NCBI GenBank assembly: GCA_963844885.1
Contig: CAWJQA010000018.1
Span: 208,675 to 272,674, forward strand
Length of the DNA: 64,000 bases
Origin: an uncultured Holophagales bacterium
GTDB lineage: Bacteria > Acidobacteriota > Thermoanaerobaculia > Multivoradales > UBA5704
Reading direction: 5' to 3'
The notes under the pieces were generated by a model. The model saw only the letters and a list, made by a program, of their open reading frames with translations, was not told where the DNA came from and made no database searches. Shown in pieces: positions 44,783-53,203 of this stretch. Each line of letters begins with the position of its first letter. Position 1 is the first letter of the stretch. The translations under genes and the position numbers were made by a program.

Positions 44783-46836
44783 ACCGGGGCACCCTCCCCA
44801 CTTGCCTGTGCATCGATGAGCAGCCACGGGGCCAGGCTCTTGCCGCAGGTCTGACAACTCTCTGCGATCGTGATGGCACCGGGATCGCTCTTACAGACCG
44901 GACATCGCGGCCTCCGCGCTCCCTCCCGGCCGGCCTGCCAGATGCCCAGCGCGAAAAGCATCGAGGCCAGGAGAATCACGTACAGCACAAGCCCGATGAC
45001 TCCGAACGCCACGGCTGTGACGCCTGTTGCGGACCCTGGCCAGATCCACAACTGCCCACCCATGAGAGCCAGGAGCAACGGCCAGAGCAAGATCGTCGAG
45101 GCGATTTTCATCCCCTTGATGCGTCTGCCCGGCTTGCGCATTGCGACATGCCTGCCCAGGATTCTTCTGGCAAAGAATCGGATGGTCGCCAGCCATAGCC
45201 AGAAGATCAGCGTCGCGTAGCCCAGCCATGGGAGAATGCCCGGGATGGCCCAGGGTGTTCCAGGCAGCGCAAGGCTGAACGGCACCAGGAGCAGGCCGGC
45301 CTCGAAGCCGAGCGCGGTGAGGAAGGCGGGCATGCGAAGGGCCCGGTAGGGATGGGGATGGAGACGGCCCTCCATCATCTGCAGCACGCTCTCCCGTTGG
45401 GTCTGCACACCCAGCGTCCCGGCCAGAAGATAGGCTGGCATCAAGGGGAGGCCATAGACGGCGGCGATTGAAATGCATCCCCAGCCGGGCAGGCCGACCC
45501 TATAGTAGAACTGCATCGCGTAGACAAGGCCTTTCTCCGCGGCGTATTTCCGCGCCAGACCGGTGATCGCCAGAAGGGCCGAAGCGTCGACGGCGCTCAC
45601 GAGAACGCCCGTGAACAAAATGGCCACGATGAACAGGCTTCCGAACAAGAGGCCCGCAAGAACAGGAGCATCTTTCCCGATGCCAAAGACCAAGCCCGGG
45701 TTGTCAAGAACCTCTCGCCGCTCTTCGAAGGTGGGGTGTTTTTGCCAAAGGCGGATAAAGGGATGCAAGGGGCCGATCGGTTCGGCGGAGCCGTTCCCGT
45801 CGCCACGGTGAAGAGCGGCGCGGAGGAGATCGACTGCATTCCAAAGGAGGCCGGCCCGCAGATCGGCAAAGTGCTCGCGGCTTCGCAGCAGGCCTCTCCG
45901 GATCAGCTCGATGGCGAGCAGCGTTCCCAGAACCTGGAGGGAAACCACGATGGGGTGATACCTCGGTTCGTCGATACCCTCCGAGGACCAGGTCAGCCAA
46001 AGCGCGGCGATCAAGGTAACCAGGAGCGGGAGGAGGGCGACCCAGGATACCTCCGCCAAATAAGAGCGGTTGAGGTCACGGTTCGCAAGGTGCGCGAGCT
46101 CATGGAACATGAAAGCCCGGATGGAAGACGGCTTTCCGTGCTGCCGGATTTCCTTCCGCAGAAGCAGCGGGATTGCCCTGGATAGGACGAGGAGAGGTTT
46201 CCTGGAGGTTCCGTAGACCTGCCCTTCGCCTCTCGCCCCCCTGGAGATCAGGAATTTCGGGCGTGACAACGGCTTTTCTCCAAGATCGAGCTGCCGGCCT
46301 TGGACCTCCTCGACGAGACCGTACAAGGCGTCCTGATACTCAGTGCTTTCCCGGTGTTTCGATCCGGCGAGGCGGACAAACCAGAGGCGGCGGGCGCGGA
46401 CGAAGTACAACGCGAGGATGAACAGAAGCACCAGCAACAAGAAGGCAAACGGCAGGAAGAGATAGGACAGCGTGACGATCGCCTGGTCGTGTGCCCCTTT
46501 GGAAAGCCGTACCAGAGCCGCTTCTGTCCGGTCACGCTCCACTGGATCTGACAAAGACGAAAGCCGCTGCGCCAGCGCCTTCTCCCGCTTCTCGAGAGCG
46601 TCTGGCCCGGACATGAGCGAGCCGCCCTGAGCCTGAATCCCCCAGACGTCCCGCTCCAAATTAGGCAGGTCTCCGAGGGTCGGCAACCCGGCGCTGCTCG
46701 CCACGACGGAGATGAAGAAAAACCCCAGCTCCCAGCAAAGGCTCACGATCGCCCAGATCAGCAGGATGGACCGCAACTCGGTCTCGCTGGGGAAGGCGAA
46801 CGGGTTGAGGAGCCTTCGGTGTCTCTCTTCGGCCAT
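44779..46836 (-). CDS. M48-family metalloprotease with C-terminal zinc ribbon (paralogue 3, module A), intact
   Basis: It starts MAEERHRRLLNPFAFPSETEL at ATG 46836 and carries HELAHLANRD and SREHFADLR. It is polytopic. The C-terminus is RCPVCKSDPGAITIAESCQTCGKSLAPW. Confidence 0.8.
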   Translation of the reverse strand: MAEERHRRLLNPFAFPSETELRSILLIWAIVSLCWELGFFFISVVASSAGLPTLGDLPNLERDVWGIQAQGGSLMSGPDALEKREKALAQRLSSLSDPVERDRTEAALVRLSKGAHDQAIVTLSYLFLPFAFLLLVLLFILALYFVRARRLWFVRLAGSKHRESTEYQDALYGLVEEVQGRQLDLGEKPLSRPKFLISRGARGEGQVYGTSRKPLLVLSRAIPLLLRKEIRQHGKPSSIRAFMFHELAHLANRDLNRSYLAEVSWVALLPLLVTLIAALWLTWSSEGIDEPRYHPIVVSLQVLGTLLAIELIRRGLLRSREHFADLRAGLLWNAVDLLRAALHRGDGNGSAEPIGPLHPFIRLWQKHPTFEERREVLDNPGLVFGIGKDAPVLAGLLFGSLFIVAILFTGVLVSAVDASALLAITGLARKYAAEKGLVYAMQFYYRVGLPGWGCISIAAVYGLPLMPAYLLAGTLGVQTQRESVLQMMEGRLHPHPYRALRMPAFLTALGFEAGLLLVPFSLALPGTPWAIPGILPWLGYATLIFWLWLATIRFFARRILGRHVAMRKPGRRIKGMKIASTILLWPLLLALMGGQLWIWPGSATGVTAVAFGVIGLVLYVILLASMLFALGIWQAGREGARRPRCPVCKSDPGAITIAESCQTCGKSLAPWLLIDAQASGEGAPV

Positions 46837-46957
46837 GGGTGTCCCTTCGGCGGCTGGGGAGGTAGACACGTCCCGGCGGCCGTTGTGTAGGAGCGCCCGG
46901 CTCCGGCTCAACAAAGAAGCGGGAGAGAGTGTCTAACGGGCGGAAGGAGGACAAGGA

Positions 46958-47998
46958 ATGATTCTCGAGAGTCGGAAGGGCCAGGAGCTGGCCAAGTATC
47001 TGGCGCGGCCGATCGTCGCGCAGGTGGCGCCGGATGAGATCGAGGACTTCGAGGATCTCGCGGAGGACTTCTTTGAAGACCCCCGGCTGGAAGGCGACCA
47101 CACTCTCGGCAGCGGGCTCGAGCTGCTGCCGGATCTCGTGGTTATTTTGATGTTCGTGTCGGCGACGCTGGAGCATCTCCTGGCCAGGAACGGCTCGGCG
47201 TCTCCGAAGACTCTGCTGGAACGCCTGTCCAAGGCCCTCGTTCACGGACAGGAGGTCGATCGCAGTCCCTGGTTTTCACCCCAGGAGCTGCCGCCCGCTT
47301 TCGAGATCGCGAGCCAGAAGGCCCGGAATCTCACACCTCACATGCGCACACGGATCGAAGATCTCCTGCGCAAGCTCCTGCCGGTCGAGATCCAGTTTCT
47401 GTTCCTCGGCGCGAGCCCGGACACGCGCGAACGAATCAGGGTCGACCGCGAGCTCAGCCAGATCTCCGCTGTCCTCCGCGAAGCGCCTCTCGGGAAGCGG
47501 ATCGTCCTGCACCCAGCCCTCGCCGTCACACCGGACGAGCTTCAACGGACTCTCGTCGCCCACCATCCTCAGATGGTCCACTTCAGTGGACATGGAACCG
47601 AGACGAACGCCATCGTTGTCGAGGAGGCTTCCGGCCAGCCGCGGACCATCCCGGGTGACGGCCTTCTCGAGTTGCTCCAGATCTTCAAGGATGGGCTCCG
47701 TCTTGTGGTTCTCAACGCCTGCCACTCGGAGGCCCAGGCCCGAGACATCGCCGCCTATGTCGATGCGGCTGTCGGAATGGCCGGCTCCATCAGCGACGAC
47801 GCGGCCATGAGCTTCTCGCGGGCGTTTTACCGGGCGGTGGCCCATGGCGAGCACCTTCAACGGGCGTTCGAGCTCGGTTGTTCCCAGATCGGGTTGGACA
47901 AGTTTCCCGAGGAAGCCGGCATCCCCCGCCTTTTCGTCTTGCGTGAAGATCCTCGCGACATCGTCCTGGTCGATGTCGCCGAGGAGCCCGCAGCCTGA
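46958..47998 (+). CDS. CHAT/caspase-fold protease, short form, divergent from M48 module A
   Basis: 346 aa. QMVHFSGHGTE (His) and LRLVVLNACHSEAQA (Cys) form the caspase-like dyad. The ~100-aa N-terminal region weakly resembles the N-terminus of the 6546 CHAT protein. Confidence 0.8.
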   Translation: MILESRKGQELAKYLARPIVAQVAPDEIEDFEDLAEDFFEDPRLEGDHTLGSGLELLPDLVVILMFVSATLEHLLARNGSASPKTLLERLSKALVHGQEVDRSPWFSPQELPPAFEIASQKARNLTPHMRTRIEDLLRKLLPVEIQFLFLGASPDTRERIRVDRELSQISAVLREAPLGKRIVLHPALAVTPDELQRTLVAHHPQMVHFSGHGTETNAIVVEEASGQPRTIPGDGLLELLQIFKDGLRLVVLNACHSEAQARDIAAYVDAAVGMAGSISDDAAMSFSRAFYRAVAHGEHLQRAFELGCSQIGLDKFPEEAGIPRLFVLREDPRDIVLVDVAEEPAA

Positions 47999-48114
47999 GC
48001 TGAGCGCGGTAAATTGCCCTCCCCCTCCCGACCGCGATAGCATCGCGGGCCGGCTCGTTGCGCCGGCCTTGCGATCCGCATCCTGACGCGCCGGCGAGCC
48101 AAGTGACGCCCGAG

Positions 48115-48543
48115 ATGCCCGAGGAGGAAGCCGTGGACTTTTCCCTGACCGACGAGCAGCGTGCCATCCAGGCGACCGCGCGGGAGTTCGCTCGCCGCGA
48201 GGTCGATCCCATCGTGGACGAGTTCGACGAGAGCCAGAAGTTCCCCCGCCAGGTCATGGCCAAGGCGGGTGAGCTCGGTTTCCTCGGCATCCTCTTCCCC
48301 GAGGAGTATGGCGGCGCCGGGCTCGGCTATATCGAATACGTGCTGGTCGTCACCGAGCTGTCCAAGGTCGACCCGTCGGTCGGCATCAGCGTGGCGGCCC
48401 ATAACTCGTTGTGCAGCAATCACATCTACAAGTTCGGCTCCGAGGAGCAGCGGCGCCGCTGGCTGGTTCCCCTGGCCAAGGGGGAGAAGATCGGCGTTTG
48501 GAGCCTCACGGAACCCGGCTCGCTCACCACGATCGCCGAGTAG
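48115..48543 (+). pseudogene. Truncated duplicate of the acyl-CoA dehydrogenase 5' end (first ~135 codons)
   Basis: [75 protein letters not shown]... is near-identical to the start of the 50320 gene. Homology ends at ~48517 and is followed by an unrelated tail and a stop. Confidence 0.75.
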
Positions 48544-48599
48544 CTCCTGGACCAGAATGTCCCCGGCCAGCCGACCAGGTCGCTGACCTCGCGAGCTAG

Positions 48600-48713
48600 C
48601 TACGTCAAGAGTTGGACCAAAGCCGCGTCGGTCTTCGAGAAGTCATTGCCTTGAAGAGGAGCGGCGGCCTCTCCCAGGAGGATGGCCAGGAGGGCCGAGG
48701 TGTCGAGAACCAT
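48600..48713 (-). pseudogene. VapC/FitB-like PIN toxin remnant with in-frame internal deletion (37 codons)
   Basis: My own translation is MVLDTSALLAILLGEAAAPLQGNDFSKTDAALVQLLT. It joins the PIN N-terminus (MvLDTSAliA) directly to the family's C-terminal pLlfkGdDFskTD motif, leaving out the ~95 aa in between. The ATG shares one nt with the vapB stop. Confidence 0.5.
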
Positions 48714-48967
48714 CAGCCGAACGCGCCTCTCTCGTTGTACCCCAGGATCTTGTTGGCGTCCCGGGTATCGAGGTCGGGCAAAGAGTTGCAGCGCCGGCTG
48801 ATCGCCATGAGGGATTCGACAAGGTCGGGAGCGGACTGCCGGCCTTTCAGCCGCTCCAGGCGCTCTTCGAGAGCGTGGATGATCGCGTCCGTGAGGCTCT
48901 CACCCGCCTCGGCGGCCACCTGACGAGCCAGTTTCTCCGCCTTGTCATTCTTCAGGCTGATGCCCAT
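48713..48967 (-). CDS. vapB: VapB/FitA-like type II antitoxin
   Basis: 84 aa. MGISLKNDKAEKLARQVAAEAGESLTDAIIHALEERLERLK is the pattern of the antitoxin family that pairs with FitB/VapC PIN toxins. It lies immediately upstream of the PIN remnant. Confidence 0.65.
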   Translation of the reverse strand: MGISLKNDKAEKLARQVAAEAGESLTDAIIHALEERLERLKGRQSAPDLVESLMAISRRCNSLPDLDTRDANKILGYNERGAFG

Positions 48968-48999
48968 GGAGGGCCCTCCTGCCGACCAAACCCCTCTCC

Positions 49000-49563
49000 C
49001 TAGTAGAAGATCTCGGAGAGAGGTATCTCTAGCCCTGGGAGGAGAGGGCTCGCCAGGAGACCCCCCGCTTCTTCTGTGATCTCCGCGGCTTTCAGAAGGC
49101 GCTCCCCGGACCGGCGGTAGACGCGGGCCACCTCGCGCTCCGGATCGACGATCCAGTACTCCTGGACACCGAGGAGCTCGTAGCGTTCCAGCTTGATGCC
49201 CTCGTCTCTCCTGCGTGTCGAAGGGGAGAGAACCTCGATGACGAGGTCCGGTGGCCCTTGGACGTTCTTCTCCGTTAGAATCCGCGCTCTCGCTTGGGAG
49301 ACGAACAGGAGATCCGGCTGGACGATGTCATTCTCGCTCAGCAAGACGTCGGCAGGAGCCACGTAGAGACGGCCGAGACGGCGGCGGCGAACGAAAGGCG
49401 CGATCCAGGAGGTCAACTCGACAACGACGCTTTGATGCCGCAGGTACGGGGCCGCCGTCACAAAGTACTCCCCATCGAGGATCTCGTGGCGGTTCCCGTC
49501 GTCCGGGAAGAGCAGATAGTCCTCGTAGGTGAGCTTGCGATGGGCTGGGTCTCGAACGGCCAT
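49000..49563 (-). CDS. Uma2-family (DUF820) putative endonuclease
   Basis: An internal ATG gives 187 aa. YEDYLLFPDDGNRHEILDGEYFVTAAP...QPDLLFV...PPDLVIEVLSPST..D...K...Y...GVQEYWIVDP is the characteristic Uma2 pattern. Confidence 0.8.
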   Translation of the reverse strand: MAVRDPAHRKLTYEDYLLFPDDGNRHEILDGEYFVTAAPYLRHQSVVVELTSWIAPFVRRRRLGRLYVAPADVLLSENDIVQPDLLFVSQARARILTEKNVQGPPDLVIEVLSPSTRRRDEGIKLERYELLGVQEYWIVDPEREVARVYRRSGERLLKAAEITEEAGGLLASPLLPGLEIPLSEIFY

Positions 49564-49785
49564 GGCGATTCCTCTACCAACGTCCTGGAACAGTCTAGCA
49601 TCGGTGCTCTCCTCGACCGGGTCGGCCAAAGCATTTTTATCTCCACGCATCGGTGATTTTCTCCGCCAATATGCAGACATTCACGGTGGTCCATATAGCG
49701 CCTTCGGGTATCCTAGCATGGTATCCACGAGTTTTCGACCAGGACCCCGATAAGAAGAGGCATGCCTCCATGATACGATCCCTGC

Positions 49786-50250
49786 ATGGTTATGACGACG
49801 GGGCCCGTCGGGCAAGTCATCCGGGATTGGCGCGAGCGCCGAAATATGACCCAGAGGGAGTTGGCGGAGAAGTCCGGGCTTCACATCACGTCTCTCGGGG
49901 CTTATGAGCGAGGAGAGCGAACCCCTAAATTGGATTCCCTGGCCAGGCTCTGCTTCGCGCTGGACATCGAGCCCTCGGCTTTCTGCCTGGACGTGGCTCG
50001 GGCTGAGGCAGGCCGTTTGGCTCCGTTGGTGGACCAATTGAAGAAGAAGGCCGGACTGGAAATGCCCGAGAGGCCTCAGCAGGCTGGGCGAGTCGAAGAG
50101 CTTCGATGGGCTTCGGACCTCGTCTTCGATGGCATGAAGGATCTCTTCTTCTACATGATCCAGGATCTCTACGGAAAGAGGGAAGTAGAATACGAGGGGA
50201 TGCCCGCAAAGAAAAAAGAGACCTTCGACACGCCGAGGAGCTTCCGCTGA
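49786..50250 (+). CDS. XRE-family helix-turn-helix transcriptional regulator
   Basis: 154 aa. GQVIRDWRERRNMTQRELAEKSGLHITSLGAYERGERTPKLDSLARLCFALDIEP is a canonical Cro/C1-type HTH. Confidence 0.75.
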   Translation: MVMTTGPVGQVIRDWRERRNMTQRELAEKSGLHITSLGAYERGERTPKLDSLARLCFALDIEPSAFCLDVARAEAGRLAPLVDQLKKKAGLEMPERPQQAGRVEELRWASDLVFDGMKDLFFYMIQDLYGKREVEYEGMPAKKKETFDTPRSFR

Positions 50251-50319
50251 GGCCCAACCCCTCGTTGCCATCCCCCTCCCTCCCGCGATAGCATCACCGG
50301 CCGGCTCTTGACGCCCGAG

Positions 50320-51485
50320 ATGCCCGAGGAGGAAGCCGTGGACTTTTCCCTGACTGACGAGCAGCGTGCCATCCAGGAGACCGCGCGGGAGTTCGCCCGC
50401 CGCGAGGTCGATCCGATCGTCGAGGAGTATGACGAGAGCCAGAAGTTCCCCCGCCAGGTCATGGCCAAGGCGGGTGAGCTCGGCTTCCTCGGTATCCTCT
50501 TCCCCGAGGAGTATGGTGGCGCAGGGCTCGGCTATATCGAATACGTGCTGGTCGTCACCGAGCTGTCTAAGGTCGACCCGTCGGTCGGCATCAGCGTGGC
50601 GGCCCATAACTCGTTGTGCAGCAATCACATCTACAGGTTCGGCTCCGAGGAGCAGCGGCGCCGCTGGCTGGTCCCCCTGGCCAAGGGGGAGAAATCGGCG
50701 CCTGGAGCCTCACGGAGCCCGGCGCCGGCTCGGATGCCGCCGGCACCCGCACGCGCGCCGAGAAGGTCGAGGGCGGCTGGGTGCTCAACGGCTCGAAGAC
50801 GTTCACCACCCACGGCAGCGTCGGCGACATCTGCGTGGTGTTCGCCGTGACCGACTCCCAGGGGCCGCGACATCACAACATCTCGGCCTTCGTGCTGGAG
50901 AAGGGGATGGAGGGCTTCCGCCCCGGCAAGAAGGAGAACAAGCTCGGCATCCGGGCCTCGGATACGACCGAGGTGGTGATGGAGAGCTGCTTCGTCTCGG
51001 ACGACCGGATTCTCGGCGAGCCGGGCGAAGGGTTCGTGCAGGCGCTCAAGATTCTCGACGGCGGCCGCATCTCGATCGCCGCGCTCGGGCTCGGCACGGC
51101 CATCGGCGCCTATGAGACGGCACTGAGCTACGCCAAGCAGCGCGAGCAGTTCGGCCAGCCCATCGCCGGATTCCAGGCGATCCAGTTCGCTCTCGCCGAG
51201 ATGGCCACCCGCATCGCGGCGGCCGAGATCCTCACCTATGCCGCGGCCGAGGCGATGGACCGCGGCCGTCCAGTGTCGCGACTGGCGTCGGAAGCCAAGC
51301 TCTACACCGGCGAGGCGGCGGTGTTCTGCTCGGAGCGCGGGGTCCAGATTCACGGCGGCTATGGGTTCATCAAGGACTATCGGGCCGAGAAGTACTACCG
51401 CGACGCCAAGATCTGCACCATCGGCGAGGGGACGAGCGAGATCCAGCGGCTGGTGATCGCGCGGCAGTTGTATAAGGGAAGGTAA
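50320..51485 (+). CDS. Acyl-CoA dehydrogenase; one frame break near 50693 as sequenced
   Basis: Track ORFs 50308..50850 and 50616..51485 join at ..[23 protein letters not shown].. The duplicate copy at 48480 reads gagaagatc where this copy reads gagaaatc, a 1-nt deletion. The C-terminus is ..YRDAKICTIGEGTSEIQRLVIARQL. Confidence 0.85.
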
Positions 51486-51487
51486 GC

Positions 51488-52453
51488 GTGAGGGCCAAAC
51501 TGGACGACCTCGTGCCGCGGCTGCTGGAGCGGCAGCCGCGGGCGGTGGCGCGCGCCATCTCGGTGGTGGAAGATGGCGGCGAGGGCCAGCGCGAGCTGGT
51601 GCGCCGCGTCTATCCGCATACGGGCCGGGCGCGCGTGGTCGGCATCACCGGTCCTCCGGGCGCCGGCAAGAGCACGCTGGTCGACCGCATCGCTCGCCAC
51701 TGCCGGGCTCGCGGCGAGACGGTCGGCATTCTGGCCGTCGATCCGACCAGTCCCTACACCGGCGGCGCCTTGCTTGGCGACCGCATCCGCATGCAATCGC
51801 TCTACACCGACCCGGGCGTGTTCATCCGCTCGATGGCCACCCGCGGCGCCATGGGCGGGCTCGCCCGGGCTTCGCGCGACGCGGTGGACCTGCTCGATGC
51901 CGCGGGGTTCGACTGGGTCCTCCTGGAGACGGTGGGCGTCGGCCAGGACGAGGTGGACGTGGTGCGCACGGTGGATACGGTGGTGGTGGTCACCGTCCCC
52001 GGACTCGGCGACGACATCCAGGCCATCAAGGCCGGAATCCTGGAGATCGCGGACGTGTTCGTGGTCAACAAGGCGGACCGCGAAGGGGTCGACCGCGCGG
52101 CCCGCGACCTGGAGATGATGCTTTCTCTCGGCGAGCATGGCGCCTGGCTGCCGCCGATCCTGAAGACCGTGGCCGCCCGCGACGAGGGGGTGGACCAGGT
52201 GCTGGCCGCGGTCGAGCGCCACCGCGAGCATCTCCTGGAGTCCGGCGAGCTCGACCGCCGCCGCCGCGCCCATCTCCGCCTGCGGGTGGAGACGATCCTC
52301 AAGGAGCGCATCGTGGCCGCGGCCGACCGGGTGCTCGGGGTGGAGCGCGAGGTCGAGCGCGGCTTCGGGCAGCGGATGGACCCCTACCGCGTGGCGGACC
52401 GGCTGTTCTCGGGCGTGCTGCACTCGGAAGAGATCGCGGAAGGCGTGAAATGA
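51488..52453 (+). CDS. meaB: Methylmalonyl-CoA mutase-associated GTPase MeaB/ArgK
   Basis: 321 aa. It carries VGITGPPGAGKSTLV, GILAVDPTSPYTGGALLGDRIRM and VVNKADREG. Confidence 0.85.
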   Translation: MRAKLDDLVPRLLERQPRAVARAISVVEDGGEGQRELVRRVYPHTGRARVVGITGPPGAGKSTLVDRIARHCRARGETVGILAVDPTSPYTGGALLGDRIRMQSLYTDPGVFIRSMATRGAMGGLARASRDAVDLLDAAGFDWVLLETVGVGQDEVDVVRTVDTVVVVTVPGLGDDIQAIKAGILEIADVFVVNKADREGVDRAARDLEMMLSLGEHGAWLPPILKTVAARDEGVDQVLAAVERHREHLLESGELDRRRRAHLRLRVETILKERIVAAADRVLGVEREVERGFGQRMDPYRVADRLFSGVLHSEEIAEGVK

Positions 52454-52857
52454 TCGGACGCATCGACCACATCGGCATCGCGGTTCGCTCGATCGAGGAA
52501 GGACGGAAGTTCTACGAGGCGCTGGGGCTGACGGTGGAGAGTATCGAGGAGGTTACGGACGAAGGGGTGCGCGTGGCGATGATGCGCTGCGGCGAGTCGC
52601 GGATCGAGCTGCTCGAGCCTCTGTCCGCCGACTCCGTCGTGGCGAAGTTCCTCGAAAAACGCGGCCCGGGCGTCCACCATCTCTGCTTCGCGAGCGACGG
52701 CTTGCCGGCCGACGACGCCGCGCTGCGGGAGGCGGGGATCGAGCCGATGCGTCCGGAGCCCACCCGCGGGGCCGGAGGCTGTTGGGTCCAGTTCGTTCAT
52801 CCGAAGAGCACGGGCGGAGTGCTGGTCGAGCTGTCTCAAGGGGCCGGGGAGGACTGA
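52450..52857 (+). CDS. mce: Methylmalonyl-CoA epimerase (VOC/glyoxalase fold)
   Basis: 135 aa. IDHIGIAVRSIEE..IELLEPL...FLEKRGPGVHHLCF..V. It has an ATGA overlap with meaB. Confidence 0.85.
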   Translation: MIGRIDHIGIAVRSIEEGRKFYEALGLTVESIEEVTDEGVRVAMMRCGESRIELLEPLSADSVVAKFLEKRGPGVHHLCFASDGLPADDAALREAGIEPMRPEPTRGAGGCWVQFVHPKSTGGVLVELSQGAGED

Positions 52858-53199
52858 ATGCTCCGGCCCGGCTCCATCGTCATCGTCCACCTCATCAATC
52901 CGACGGAGAAGCTCTTCGGCATCCTGCAAGACCTTGCCGTGGCGGGCGTGACCTTCCGCGGTATCAGCCTGTCCAGCTTCGACGACTGGATGGCCCAGGC
53001 CGCCCGGCCCGGCGATCAGACGCTGGGGTTGTCGACCGTATTCGTCCCCCTGTTCCGGGTGGAGCGGATCTTTCTCGACGAGGCGGTGGGGGAGGTCGAG
53101 AGCTACCGCCAGCGCTTCTCGAAGCGGGTCGGCCTGGCGGTGGAGCGCTACCTGGGACTGGAGGAGGGGGAGGAGGAGGCGGGCGAGGTGCCTTCCTAG
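52858..53199 (+). CDS. Hypothetical protein
   Basis: 113-aa ORF starting directly after the mce stop. I recognise no family. Confidence 0.5.
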   Translation: MLRPGSIVIVHLINPTEKLFGILQDLAVAGVTFRGISLSSFDDWMAQAARPGDQTLGLSTVFVPLFRVERIFLDEAVGEVESYRQRFSKRVGLAVERYLGLEEGEEEAGEVPS

Positions 53200-53203
53200 G
53201 TTC

